From assembly GCA_964631725.1 (NCBI GenBank), contig CAZVYX010000016.1:36773-100772 (forward strand): a stretch of 64,000 nt of DNA, written 5' to 3'. The first letter of the stretch is position 1. Every line of letters begins with the position of its first letter. The notes below the pieces were generated by a model. The model saw nothing but the letters and a program-made list of their open reading frames with translations. It ran no database searches and had not been told where the DNA came from. This stretch comes from an uncultured Rhodospirillaceae bacterium. GTDB lineage: Bacteria; Pseudomonadota; Alphaproteobacteria; GCA-2731375. Made by a program: the position numbers and the translations under genes. Shown here in pieces: positions 8,637 to 17,350 of the stretch.

Positions 8637-10280
8637 TTGACTGCCTCGGCGGTGAAACAACTGATCGACAGTGGTTTGCTTGCCGAGAGCGACCTGGAGC
8701 GCGCGCGCCTTGCCGCCGAGGCGATGTCAACACCGGTGCACAGCGCGCTTGTCGGGCTTGGCCTGGTTGCCGAGGACGCCATGGCCCGCACCCTGGCCGA
8801 CAGTCAGTCGCTGCCGCTGGTCGCTGACAACGACTATCCCGACGAGGCTGTGCTGCCGGACCTATTGACCGAGTCTTTCCTGCGCACCTGCCAGGTGCTG
8901 CCGTTGTCGGCGAATGAGCACACGGTCACGGTGGCGCTTGCCGACCCGCTTGATCGCGATACCATCCGGGCGCTGGAGATGCGCCTCGACCGCAGTGTGC
9001 GGCCGGCTGTCGCCACACCGTCGCAGTTGCGGCGCCATTTTGATCGAATTTACGGCGAAGCCGCCGGCCGCCAGGGCACGGGACCGGGCGAGGAAGGCCG
9101 CGTCTACATCGAGCGATTGCAGGACCAGGTCAGCGACGCCCCGACCGTCAAGCTCGCTAACCGGCTGATCGAACAGGCGGTGATGCAACGCGCCTCCGAC
9201 ATTCACCTGGAGCCGGATGGCGACGATTTGCGGGTGCGATTCCGGATCGACGGCCTGCTGCGCGAGATCCGACGCCTGCCGCTGAGCGACCATGCACCGC
9301 TGATCAGCCGTATCAAGATCATGTCGGGTCTCGACATTGTCGAGCGGCGGTTGCCGCAGGATGGCCGCACGCAGCAAGTGGTCGAAGGCCGCCGCATTGA
9401 TATGCGGGTCTCCTGCCTGCCGATGATGCACGGCGAAGGCATGGTGATCCGGCTGCTGGACCAGAATCGGGCACCATTGGAGCTGGCCGATCTGGGACTG
9501 GACAGCGATCTGCAGGGGCGCCTGGCGGCCGCCCTGGATGGCGGCAGGGGTATCGTGCTGGTGACCGGCCCAACCGGCAGCGGCAAGACCACCACCCTTT
9601 ATGCCGCGCTGCAGCGCTTTAACGACCCGCAAAACAAAATCATTACCGTCGAGGACCCGGTGGAGTTCCAGTTGCCCGGTATCAGCCAAATTCAGGTTCG
9701 GCCCGAGATCGGCCTCGGCTTCAGCCGCGTCTTGCGCTCGGTGCTGCGGCACGATCCGGATACGTTGATGATCGGCGAAATCCGCGATCTGGAAACGGCC
9801 GAGATCGCGGTACAGGCGGCGCTGACCGGTCACCTGGTGTTGTCGACACTGCATACCAACAGCGCGCCTGACGCGCTTACGCGCTTGGCCGACATGGGCC
9901 TCGATCCCTACCGCATCACCGCCTCTGTCGCGGCGGTCGTGGCACAGCGTCTGGTGCGTACCCTGTGCGAACACTGCCGGACGCCGGCCCCCGACGACGT
10001 CAATGGCACCGACGATGTCGGGGGCGGGGCGACAGTTTACGAGGCGGCCGGATGCGAACGGTGCGGCGGCACCGGTTACAATGGACGCACCTTGATCGCC
10101 GAAGTGATGGTTATTGACGAACCTCTGCGCAGCCTGATCATGCAACGTGGGGAGCCGCGGGCGATTGAAAAGGCGGCGCGTGCCGGAGGCCTGCTGCCGA
10201 TGCGCCAGAACGGTCTCGACAAAGTTGCGCAGGGAAAGACGAGCATCGCCGAATTGATGCGCGTGCTGGGGAGCGGCTAG
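8637..10280 (+). CDS. gspE: Type II secretion ATPase GspE
   Basis: Walker A VTGPTGSGKTTTLYAAL. C-terminal tetra-Cys motif CEHCR...CERCGGTGYNGR. GspE N1 domain. Probable TTG start at 8637 preceded by GAGGAGG; the ORF is open from 8538. Confidence 0.9.
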   Translation: MTASAVKQLIDSGLLAESDLERARLAAEAMSTPVHSALVGLGLVAEDAMARTLADSQSLPLVADNDYPDEAVLPDLLTESFLRTCQVLPLSANEHTVTVALADPLDRDTIRALEMRLDRSVRPAVATPSQLRRHFDRIYGEAAGRQGTGPGEEGRVYIERLQDQVSDAPTVKLANRLIEQAVMQRASDIHLEPDGDDLRVRFRIDGLLREIRRLPLSDHAPLISRIKIMSGLDIVERRLPQDGRTQQVVEGRRIDMRVSCLPMMHGEGMVIRLLDQNRAPLELADLGLDSDLQGRLAAALDGGRGIVLVTGPTGSGKTTTLYAALQRFNDPQNKIITVEDPVEFQLPGISQIQVRPEIGLGFSRVLRSVLRHDPDTLMIGEIRDLETAEIAVQAALTGHLVLSTLHTNSAPDALTRLADMGLDPYRITASVAAVVAQRLVRTLCEHCRTPAPDDVNGTDDVGGGATVYEAAGCERCGGTGYNGRTLIAEVMVIDEPLRSLIMQRGEPRAIEKAARAGGLLPMRQNGLDKVAQGKTSIAELMRVLGSG

Positions 10281-10283
10281 GCG

Positions 10284-11507
10284 ATGCCGTGGTTCCAGTA
10301 CCGTGCGGTGGATGCCGGAGATCACGTGGTGGAGGCCTCGATTGAGGCAGACGACCGCGACACGGCGCTGGCGCGGCTGCGCGGCGAGGGCTTGCTGCCG
10401 CTGCGTCTGGACCCTGTCGGCGACGCCGGGGGCCGGTCCTGGCGTGTGCAACTGCGGCGCTGGCTCAGCTACCTCGACCCTGACGCCGGGCGGTTGCCGC
10501 CGCCGGCGATTACCGCCTTCGTGCGGGAGCTCAGTATGCTGCTTGATGCCGGCATTGGCGCCGACCGGGCCTTGCTGATCATCGCCCGCTCGGCGGAACG
10601 GCCGATACTGGCGCAGCTCGCCACCGACCTGCGCCAGCGTGTCCGCGCCGGCGACAGCCTGGCGGATGCGCTCGACCAGGATTCGGGGCACTTCGATGCG
10701 GTGTTCCGTGCCACGGTTCGCGCCGGCGAAGCCGGCAGCGCCCTGACCGATGCGCTGGCGCGCCTCGCGGATTGGCGGGAGCAGCGCGAATATATGCTGG
10801 CTGCGGTCAGGTCAGCGCTGATCTATCCCTGTTTCCTGATCGTCGCGGCGCTGATGTCCTTCCTGGTGCTGCTGCTGTTCGTGGTGCCGCAATTTGAGGC
10901 GCTGTTCCAGCAGACTGGCGCCGAGGTGTCGCTGTTCACCGGCGCCCTGCTCGCTGTTTCCGGCTTTCTGCGCAGCTACCTACCGGTGATCGTCGTATTG
11001 GCGCTGGTGCTCTGGCTGCTCGCGCGCCGGCGCCGCACCGCATGGACCGGCCTCGCGGCGCGGCTGCCGATCTTGCGCGGTTTCCTGCGGAAGGTGGCGA
11101 TTGAGCGCGCGCTTAGCATTATGGCGATCCTTTTTGCCAGCCGTATGCCGGCACCGGCGGCATTGGATTTGGCGGCGGAGGCGGTCGGCGATCCGGGGTT
11201 GGCATCATCGCTGCGGCAGACGGCGGCGCGGGTTCGTGAAGGCGCCCGCCTAAGCGACAGCCTGCGCCGGACCGGCGACTTGCCGGAGCTGGTGGTCGAG
11301 ATGATCTCGGTCGGTGAGGATGCCGGCTCGCTTCAGGAGATTCTGGAGCGCCTTGGCGAGCGACTGCGGGCCGACGTCGAACAGGGCTTACGCCGGCTGA
11401 TCGCGGTGATCGAGCCGGTGCTGATCATTTTGACGGGAATCCTGGTTGCTTCTATCATTCTGACCCTGTTGTCGGCGATCGCGAGCGTTCATGCCCTGGT
11501 ATACTGA
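10284..11507 (+). CDS. gspF: Type II secretion inner-membrane platform protein GspF
   Basis: Duplicated GspF/PilC domains and three TM segments. Located immediately after gspE. Confidence 0.9.
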   Translation: MPWFQYRAVDAGDHVVEASIEADDRDTALARLRGEGLLPLRLDPVGDAGGRSWRVQLRRWLSYLDPDAGRLPPPAITAFVRELSMLLDAGIGADRALLIIARSAERPILAQLATDLRQRVRAGDSLADALDQDSGHFDAVFRATVRAGEAGSALTDALARLADWREQREYMLAAVRSALIYPCFLIVAALMSFLVLLLFVVPQFEALFQQTGAEVSLFTGALLAVSGFLRSYLPVIVVLALVLWLLARRRRTAWTGLAARLPILRGFLRKVAIERALSIMAILFASRMPAPAALDLAAEAVGDPGLASSLRQTAARVREGARLSDSLRRTGDLPELVVEMISVGEDAGSLQEILERLGERLRADVEQGLRRLIAVIEPVLIILTGILVASIILTLLSAIASVHALVY

Positions 11508-11955
11508 AACCGAAATCAGACAGCCGCAAAGGGCGTGTGGTCAGCAAGGCTTCACGCTCATCGAACTGCTGGTTGTTCTGGTCATTCTCGGCCTGCTGAT
11601 TGGTTTGGTGACGCCGACCGTGATCAGCTATCTCGGTCGCGCCAAGATCGATGTGGCTCGCATCCAAATAGACAGCCTGGCGACGGCGCTGGACCTATAC
11701 CGGTTGGATGTCGGCCGCTATCCCAGGCAGGCCGAAGGCCTTGCCGCGCTTACCAGGCGCCCGGCCGGCGAGGAACACTGGAACGGACCCTATCTGAGGG
11801 GCGATGTGCCGCTGGATCCCTGGCACCACGCCTACCTCTACAAGCGGCCGAAGAGCGGTGCCGGCGGTTACAGCCTGCAGAGCCTCGGCGCCGACGGCAA
11901 GGCGGGCGGCGATGGCGAGGATGCCGACATCATGGTCCAGTCGTCTGCGTTATGA
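11491..11955 (+). CDS. gspG: Major pseudopilin GspG
   Basis: Prepilin signal ...QQG|FTLIELLVVLVILGLL and the GspG core (DxxRYP, NGPYL). Confidence 0.9.
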   Translation: MPWYTETEIRQPQRACGQQGFTLIELLVVLVILGLLIGLVTPTVISYLGRAKIDVARIQIDSLATALDLYRLDVGRYPRQAEGLAALTRRPAGEEHWNGPYLRGDVPLDPWHHAYLYKRPKSGAGGYSLQSLGADGKAGGDGEDADIMVQSSAL

Positions 11956-12398
11956 CCGGCCATGATGGGCAGCGCGGCTTCACGCTAATTGAATTGGTCG
12001 TGGTGATTGCGCTGCTGGCACTGGTGGCCGCCATCGCCGCTCCGGCCGCCGGTCGTCTCTTTGATCTATCGTCGTCGGTTGATGACGCCAAACGCCTGGC
12101 GATGGCGATGCGGCAGGCGCGAATGACGGCGATCAGTGAAGGGCAGCCGCAATCTGTCCACATCGATCCGGTGCGCCGCCGTTGGCGACATGGCGACAGC
12201 GTTGGGACATTTGATGGTGCCGCGTCAATTTCCGCCGTGGTGCCGCCCGCCGGGCGCCGTCTGAACGGAGTGTCCGCAATTGTATTCCTGCCTGACGGTA
12301 GCGCCACCGGCGGACGCATCGTGCTGGGCGAGGGCCATCGCCAACAAAGCGTCGCCGTCGACTGGCTGACCGGGACCGTCTCGATTGCCGGCCCGTAG
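11952..12398 (+). CDS. gspH: Minor pseudopilin GspH
   Basis: Starts ATGA-overlapped with the gspG stop. Leader MTGHDGQRG|FTLIELVVV. Confidence 0.75.
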   Translation: MTGHDGQRGFTLIELVVVIALLALVAAIAAPAAGRLFDLSSSVDDAKRLAMAMRQARMTAISEGQPQSVHIDPVRRRWRHGDSVGTFDGAASISAVVPPAGRRLNGVSAIVFLPDGSATGGRIVLGEGHRQQSVAVDWLTGTVSIAGP

Positions 12399-12786
12399 GC
12401 AAGCCGGCTTCAGCCTGCTGGAGGTCTTGGTCAGCCTGGTTGTGGTGGCACTGACGGTTGGCGCCGCCATTGGCGTGTACGGTCAGGCCGCCGAAAGCGC
12501 CGGGCGTGGCGAGCGGGCGCTGCAGGCCTTGATGACGGCGCAATCGCTCCTGGCCGAGCACGGCACGGCCATCCCACTGAAGAGCGGCACCAATTACGGG
12601 AAAACAGAGGCAGGTCTGCGTTGGCGGAGTATCGTCTCACCCTATGAAGGCCTCGACCGGGACCAGATGCGCCGCCTGCCGGTAAAGCCGTTCACCGTCG
12701 GCGTCACCGTTTCCTGGGGTGATGCAAAGGCCCAGTCACTGACGTTGCGGGCCTTGAAGATCACGGAGCCGGCAGATGCCCGATAG
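12385..12786 (+). CDS. gspI: Minor pseudopilin GspI
   Basis: Leader MPARRQAG|FSLLEVLVSLVV; size ~130 aa. Confidence 0.75.
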   Translation: MPARRQAGFSLLEVLVSLVVVALTVGAAIGVYGQAAESAGRGERALQALMTAQSLLAEHGTAIPLKSGTNYGKTEAGLRWRSIVSPYEGLDRDQMRRLPVKPFTVGVTVSWGDAKAQSLTLRALKITEPADAR

Positions 12787-13384
12787 GCGGCGACAGGCCG
12801 GCTTCACGCTGCTGGAATTGGTTGTCGGCATCGCCCTTCTGGCCCTGATTACCACGCTGCTGGTCAACGTCCTCGGTACCGGTATCGCCGCTACGAAGCA
12901 AGTGGACCGGCGCACCGAGCGGATTGAGCGGGCGCACCACGTACATAGGCTGTTGCGCGAGCGGCTTGAAACGGTGCGTCCCCTGGACTGGGAAATTGGC
13001 GAGGGGCGACAGCAGGTATTCGCGGGCGAGGCTGACACCATGCGGTTCATCACCACGGCGCCGCCCTGGCCCGACCTTGGCGGCCTGGTGCTGGATTGGC
13101 TGCACCTGAGCGGCGGTCGTCTGGTGCTGACGGAACGGCGCTTTATAGGGGCCGACGACGCGCTGAACGGCAATGATGCCGAAAATGGCACGACGCTGGC
13201 GCGCGACATTGGCACGCTGCATATCGACTATTATGGCCAGGTGGAGCGCCGGCGCGCGGCTTGGCACGGCTTCTGGAACCAGCGGGAACTACCGGACCTG
13301 ATCCGCGTACGAATCGCTTGGCGCGATGGCGAAAAATGGCCCGACCTTGTCGTGCATCCCCGGCTCGCACGACAGCCGAGGTGA
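12776..13384 (+). CDS. gspJ: Minor pseudopilin GspJ
   Basis: Leader MPDRRRQAG|FTLLELVVGIALL; size ~200 aa. Confidence 0.75.
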   Translation: MPDRRRQAGFTLLELVVGIALLALITTLLVNVLGTGIAATKQVDRRTERIERAHHVHRLLRERLETVRPLDWEIGEGRQQVFAGEADTMRFITTAPPWPDLGGLVLDWLHLSGGRLVLTERRFIGADDALNGNDAENGTTLARDIGTLHIDYYGQVERRRAAWHGFWNQRELPDLIRVRIAWRDGEKWPDLVVHPRLARQPR

Positions 13385-13390
13385 CGGTGA

Positions 13391-14320
13391 ATGGTTGACA
13401 TGAGCAACATCAGGCAGCGACAAGGTAGCGTGCTTTTGGTGGTGTTGTGGCTGCTGGTGATGCTGGCATTGATTGCCCAAGGCGTGGCGCAACGGTCGCG
13501 CAGCCACCTAACGCTGGCGCGGGCCCAGATCGATCTGGCGCAGGAGCGCCTGCGCGCGCAGGCCGGCGTGTTGCACGGGGCGTTGCTGCTGCTTGATCGG
13601 GGGCGGCCTCTACCGCCACGCCAAAGCCTGACAGGCGGGAATGCGCCAGCCATTATCGGCGCCGCGGTTGATATCGAGATCATTGACGAATGCGGCCGCG
13701 TCGACCTGAACACCGGCCACGCCGACATGATCGCCGCCCTGTTCAACGGTTTTGGGCTGGCCGATCGTTCCAGGCAACAGGCAAACGCGGTCCTCGACTA
13801 CCGCGATCCCGGCAGCCGGCCCCGGCCGCAGGGCGCCGAACATGACGCCTACCGCGCCGCCGGGCGCTTCGACGGCCCCCGCAACGGCCCATTCGAGACG
13901 GTTGCCGAACTGCACCAGGTGTTGGGTCTCGACGCTGAAACCGTGGCGCGGCTGACACCGTACTTTACCGTTGACTGCCTCAATGCTGGCGTCGACCCGA
14001 TGGCCGCCAGCGCGCCGCTGCTGCGGCTGTTGCCCTCGTGGGCCGCGCCTGACTCGCTGCAGAGCTTTCTGCATGCCCGAGATGACGCGTCACGCAACGG
14101 CGGCGGCGGGATGCGTTGGCCGGCCGGACTGGGGAAGTATGCGGAGCCCTCGGACGGTCACGCCTACGGTATCAGGGCGACGACCCGCGGCCCGGCCCCC
14201 GCCGTTAGCTGGTCGGCGGTGGTGTGGCTTGGTGGCGGCGATGGCCGGCCACTTGCATTCCGCACCTGGGAACCGGATAGGACGAATATCCTCGTTGCCA
14301 AGGACGGTGACGATAATTGA
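13391..14320 (+). CDS. gspK: Minor pseudopilin GspK
   Basis: N-terminus QRQGSVLLVVLWLLVMLALIA, typical of GspK. Size ~300 aa; follows gspJ. Confidence 0.7.
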   Translation: MVDMSNIRQRQGSVLLVVLWLLVMLALIAQGVAQRSRSHLTLARAQIDLAQERLRAQAGVLHGALLLLDRGRPLPPRQSLTGGNAPAIIGAAVDIEIIDECGRVDLNTGHADMIAALFNGFGLADRSRQQANAVLDYRDPGSRPRPQGAEHDAYRAAGRFDGPRNGPFETVAELHQVLGLDAETVARLTPYFTVDCLNAGVDPMAASAPLLRLLPSWAAPDSLQSFLHARDDASRNGGGGMRWPAGLGKYAEPSDGHAYGIRATTRGPAPAVSWSAVVWLGGGDGRPLAFRTWEPDRTNILVAKDGDDN

Positions 14321-14395
14321 CGGTGGTGGTTTTAATCTCGCGTCGAATCAAGATAGGATAGTCATTTACTGAACTCGTACGTCTGAGGGGAATAG

Positions 14396-16075
14396 ATGTT
14401 CGTGAACGGTCGGTTGCTGGTATTGGGTATCCTTCTGGGTACGCTATCCGGATGTGCTTCGCTTGATGTCGCCGCTTGGTTCGGCGGTGAAGCTAAAGAC
14501 ACCCCGCGCCCACCGACGCAACAGCAGCAGGCCGCAGCCTCGAACGAAGCGCCAGATGGCTGGATTGTCGACACGGTGAGTGGCTGTGCGACCAGCAACC
14601 CGCAGCCGACGGCAGGCGAAAGCATTCGCTGGTTCGGCGATTGCAGTAACGGCAAACTAAGCGGTCACGGCACCTTGATATGGTACCGGGACGGCCACGA
14701 AACCGAGCGCAACGAAGGCGGCTTCCGGGGCGGAGAACTGCATGGCGAGGTGGTGACGACGTTTGACGATGGCACCTATATCGTCGGCGAATATGTTGAC
14801 GGGCAGCGCAACGGCAATTTCATGATACGCCGGCCTGACGGCTCGCACCTGCACGCGCTCTACGAGGGCGGAGAACTGTCGGCACGGCGCGTCGCCAGCG
14901 CCGGGGAAGTCGATGCCTGGCTGATGGCCCGGGCCCGCCAGGTCGCCGAGGCGGCCGAGGCCGCGCCTGGGCGCGAAGTGCGCCAAGTGGCCGCCGCGCC
15001 GGTATCGCAAACGATTGCGAACAGGCCGCCGCCCGCCGCAAGGGTCGACGCAACGAAGGCCGTGCCGGTTGTGTCAGTGCCACAACAGACGGTAGTAGCC
15101 GTCACGCCAGCGTCCAGCCCCGCTCCAGTATCATCACCCTTGGGCAAAGCTAATGGCGACCGTGGCAATATTGTCGTGTCTTCTGCTTCCGTGGCGAACG
15201 CCTACCAGCCCGCCGCCTACTACCCGCGTGCGATGTACCCGCTCGACAGCGTCACCCAGACCGCCAGGCTATATGCCGGCCGCGATGGTCCGTGGGTTGC
15301 CGGTCCACGCACTGGTGGCGCGTCGCCGGCCGGCGGCGGCACCATCGTCATTTCCTCTGCCTCGGTGACGACCGAGTATGCGAACCGGGGCGGCGCCGTG
15401 CCGCGGTCGTACCATGTGCCGCAACAGCTCGCCATGGCCACCTACCAACCGGTCGCCCGTTCGCCGCGCGCCGTAATCGAACTTGAAAACACCGCTCAGT
15501 CCGCCGTGACATACGCTGGCCGCGCCGCCGGTGCGCCGCCTCGCCGATCCAGGGATCTGACACCGTCGGTATCGCCTGATACGTTGTTCAGCCAGGGTTA
15601 TCGGCTGGAACTCGCCGGTCAACGGCAGGCCGCGGCACGCGTTTATGACGAGGTCCTGCTGCAGCATCCATCGGCACCATCGGCGCTGTTGGCGAATGCC
15701 CGTCTGGTGCAGCTGCGCCAGCCGCAACCGGTACAACGGATGCAAGCCTCGGTGGTCGCGGTCAACTCGCCTACGCCGAACGGCTCACCGCGCCCGGCGT
15801 CATTGGCACCCAGCCGTGCCTCGCCGGCATCGGCGCTACATCGCCAAGTTTGCAGTCGCGGTGGCCTCTATGAAAGTGACAGCGGCTGGTGCGGCACCGT
15901 GACCGGTGAGCAGGGGCCATACTACTGGGTCCGCGTCGACGGGGTTCATTTGCGCGGCTTTGCCACCATCGGCATCACCCGCTCGACCTGCACGGGCAAC
16001 AACTTCCTGAACTGGTTCTCGCTCGGCTCGTCGGTCAAGGTGCCGAAACAGTGCATGACATTTCAGGCGGGCTGA
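14396..16075 (+). CDS. Lipoprotein with MORN repeats, an Ala/Pro-rich linker and a Cys-containing C-terminal domain (candidate T2SS-associated protein or cargo)
   Basis: Lipobox LGTLSGC. Repeated YxDGxxxEGxxxxGxxHG units (GHGTLIWYRDGHETERNEGGFRGGELHGEVV...). Low-complexity A/P/S region. C-terminal Cys residues. Confidence 0.55.
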   Translation: MFVNGRLLVLGILLGTLSGCASLDVAAWFGGEAKDTPRPPTQQQQAAASNEAPDGWIVDTVSGCATSNPQPTAGESIRWFGDCSNGKLSGHGTLIWYRDGHETERNEGGFRGGELHGEVVTTFDDGTYIVGEYVDGQRNGNFMIRRPDGSHLHALYEGGELSARRVASAGEVDAWLMARARQVAEAAEAAPGREVRQVAAAPVSQTIANRPPPAARVDATKAVPVVSVPQQTVVAVTPASSPAPVSSPLGKANGDRGNIVVSSASVANAYQPAAYYPRAMYPLDSVTQTARLYAGRDGPWVAGPRTGGASPAGGGTIVISSASVTTEYANRGGAVPRSYHVPQQLAMATYQPVARSPRAVIELENTAQSAVTYAGRAAGAPPRRSRDLTPSVSPDTLFSQGYRLELAGQRQAAARVYDEVLLQHPSAPSALLANARLVQLRQPQPVQRMQASVVAVNSPTPNGSPRPASLAPSRASPASALHRQVCSRGGLYESDSGWCGTVTGEQGPYYWVRVDGVHLRGFATIGITRSTCTGNNFLNWFSLGSSVKVPKQCMTFQAG

Positions 16076-16081
16076 TAAGTA

Positions 16082-17302
16082 ATGCCCAATCTATTTGCTT
16101 TGCTGAAGATGATGCGCCGGGCCGCGCCAGCCGTGGTGGCCGTCTCGGTCTTGGCCGCGATCATCCAGCAGCCGGTCAACGCGCAGGTGTCCCGGTCCGA
16201 CTACGCGGCCAGGGTCTCCGCCATCACCAATAGCATTGTTGCCGGCGCCGCGGGCGGCACGGGCAGTGGCGACCGTCCAGCTATATTTTTTGACCTTAAC
16301 GGCGCCAGTGGCGTGTCTGCCGGCGACGACGCCGTGATAGCGGGTGCCAGACGTCTCTATGAGATCTATCGCGCCCTCGGCGGCCCGCGGCTCGGCCAGA
16401 ATGCCTTTTACGAACGCAAGGACGGCCGCATCTATATTGGTCTTGAAGGTCAAGGTGGACGCTGGGTCGATGGCGGCGTACAGGCCTTGGAGGTCCTTCG
16501 CGAGCAGTTGGTCGAAGCGGCCGTGGCACAGCAGCCGGTTGCGCCTGCCGAACAGCCGGTTTGTCGAAGCTTTGAGTGCCTGCTCTTGGCCAACTACAAG
16601 GGCGACGCGCCGCTCGCCGGTTTCGTGCCACGGGGTCAGACCCAGGTTCTGGAGCTGTCGGGCAAGGGCTTCAGTGATGCGGGCGGCCCACCTGTCGTGC
16701 TGACCCCGGCGGCGTTTTACGTCGATAGCGTGGCATTTGTAAGCGCCGGGGAAGTTCAGGTTACCCTCTTGGTCGATGAAAGCGCCACGCTGGGCGCCAA
16801 GAGTCTGCTGGTATTCAATCGAGGCCGGGCCTTCCGAAGCGTCGGCCGCTACCAGGTGCATGTTGTCGCCAGCATCGAGGAGCTGGAGGCGATCGCCGCC
16901 GGCACTGTGCCCCTTCCTGGGACCACCATTCCACCAGCCGATAGTGCGTTATATCAGGGCGGTGTCGGACGGGATGACGATTACGGCAACGATGCAAAGA
17001 CGGCCACCGATGTTGCCGATGGCCTCTCTGGTCGACTGGAACGGCCGGGCGATCTGGACGTCTTCCGCCTCGTGGTGCCTCGGAACGCGACGGTCGAAAT
17101 CACTTCAACCGGGCCGTCGGATTTGGCGGCGGAGCTGCGCGACGCCGTCGATACCCTGATCGCCGCTGACGATGACGGCGGCGCGCGCTACAACTTCCGA
17201 ATTTCGCGCCAATTGGCCGCGGGCACCTATTTTGTCACCGTCAGTCATTGCTGTGGCGGTACCGGCAGCTACCGTTTTACGGCGACGCAGAAGCCGCAGT
17301 AG
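16082..17302 (+). CDS. Secreted protein with a C-terminal pre-peptidase (PPC)-like domain (candidate T2SS cargo)
   Basis: Signal peptide ...AVVAVSVLAAIIQQPVNAQV. C-terminal DVFRLVVPRNATVEITSTGPSDL...DDDGGARYNFRISRQLAAGTYFVTVSH matches the PPC/collagenase-type beta-sandwich pattern. Confidence 0.5.
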   Translation: MPNLFALLKMMRRAAPAVVAVSVLAAIIQQPVNAQVSRSDYAARVSAITNSIVAGAAGGTGSGDRPAIFFDLNGASGVSAGDDAVIAGARRLYEIYRALGGPRLGQNAFYERKDGRIYIGLEGQGGRWVDGGVQALEVLREQLVEAAVAQQPVAPAEQPVCRSFECLLLANYKGDAPLAGFVPRGQTQVLELSGKGFSDAGGPPVVLTPAAFYVDSVAFVSAGEVQVTLLVDESATLGAKSLLVFNRGRAFRSVGRYQVHVVASIEELEAIAAGTVPLPGTTIPPADSALYQGGVGRDDDYGNDAKTATDVADGLSGRLERPGDLDVFRLVVPRNATVEITSTGPSDLAAELRDAVDTLIAADDDGGARYNFRISRQLAAGTYFVTVSHCCGGTGSYRFTATQKPQ

Positions 17303-17350
17303 CGGTTATGGGTGTCCCAAATCCTGTAATTTGCCGGTACTAGAAGAGCT

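Noticed and set aside
8862-10691. 609-aa minus-strand ORF overlapping gspE/gspF
   Set aside because: Antisense to two highly conserved T2SS genes. It has no motifs and is Arg/Gln/Pro-rich.
11535-12398. 287-aa ORF that overlaps most of gspG in another frame
   Set aside because: Only the last ~149 codons (from ATG 11952) encode a pseudopilin (MTGHDGQRG|FTLIE). The upstream part is an Arg/Gly-rich out-of-frame read-through of gspG, so gspH is called from 11952.
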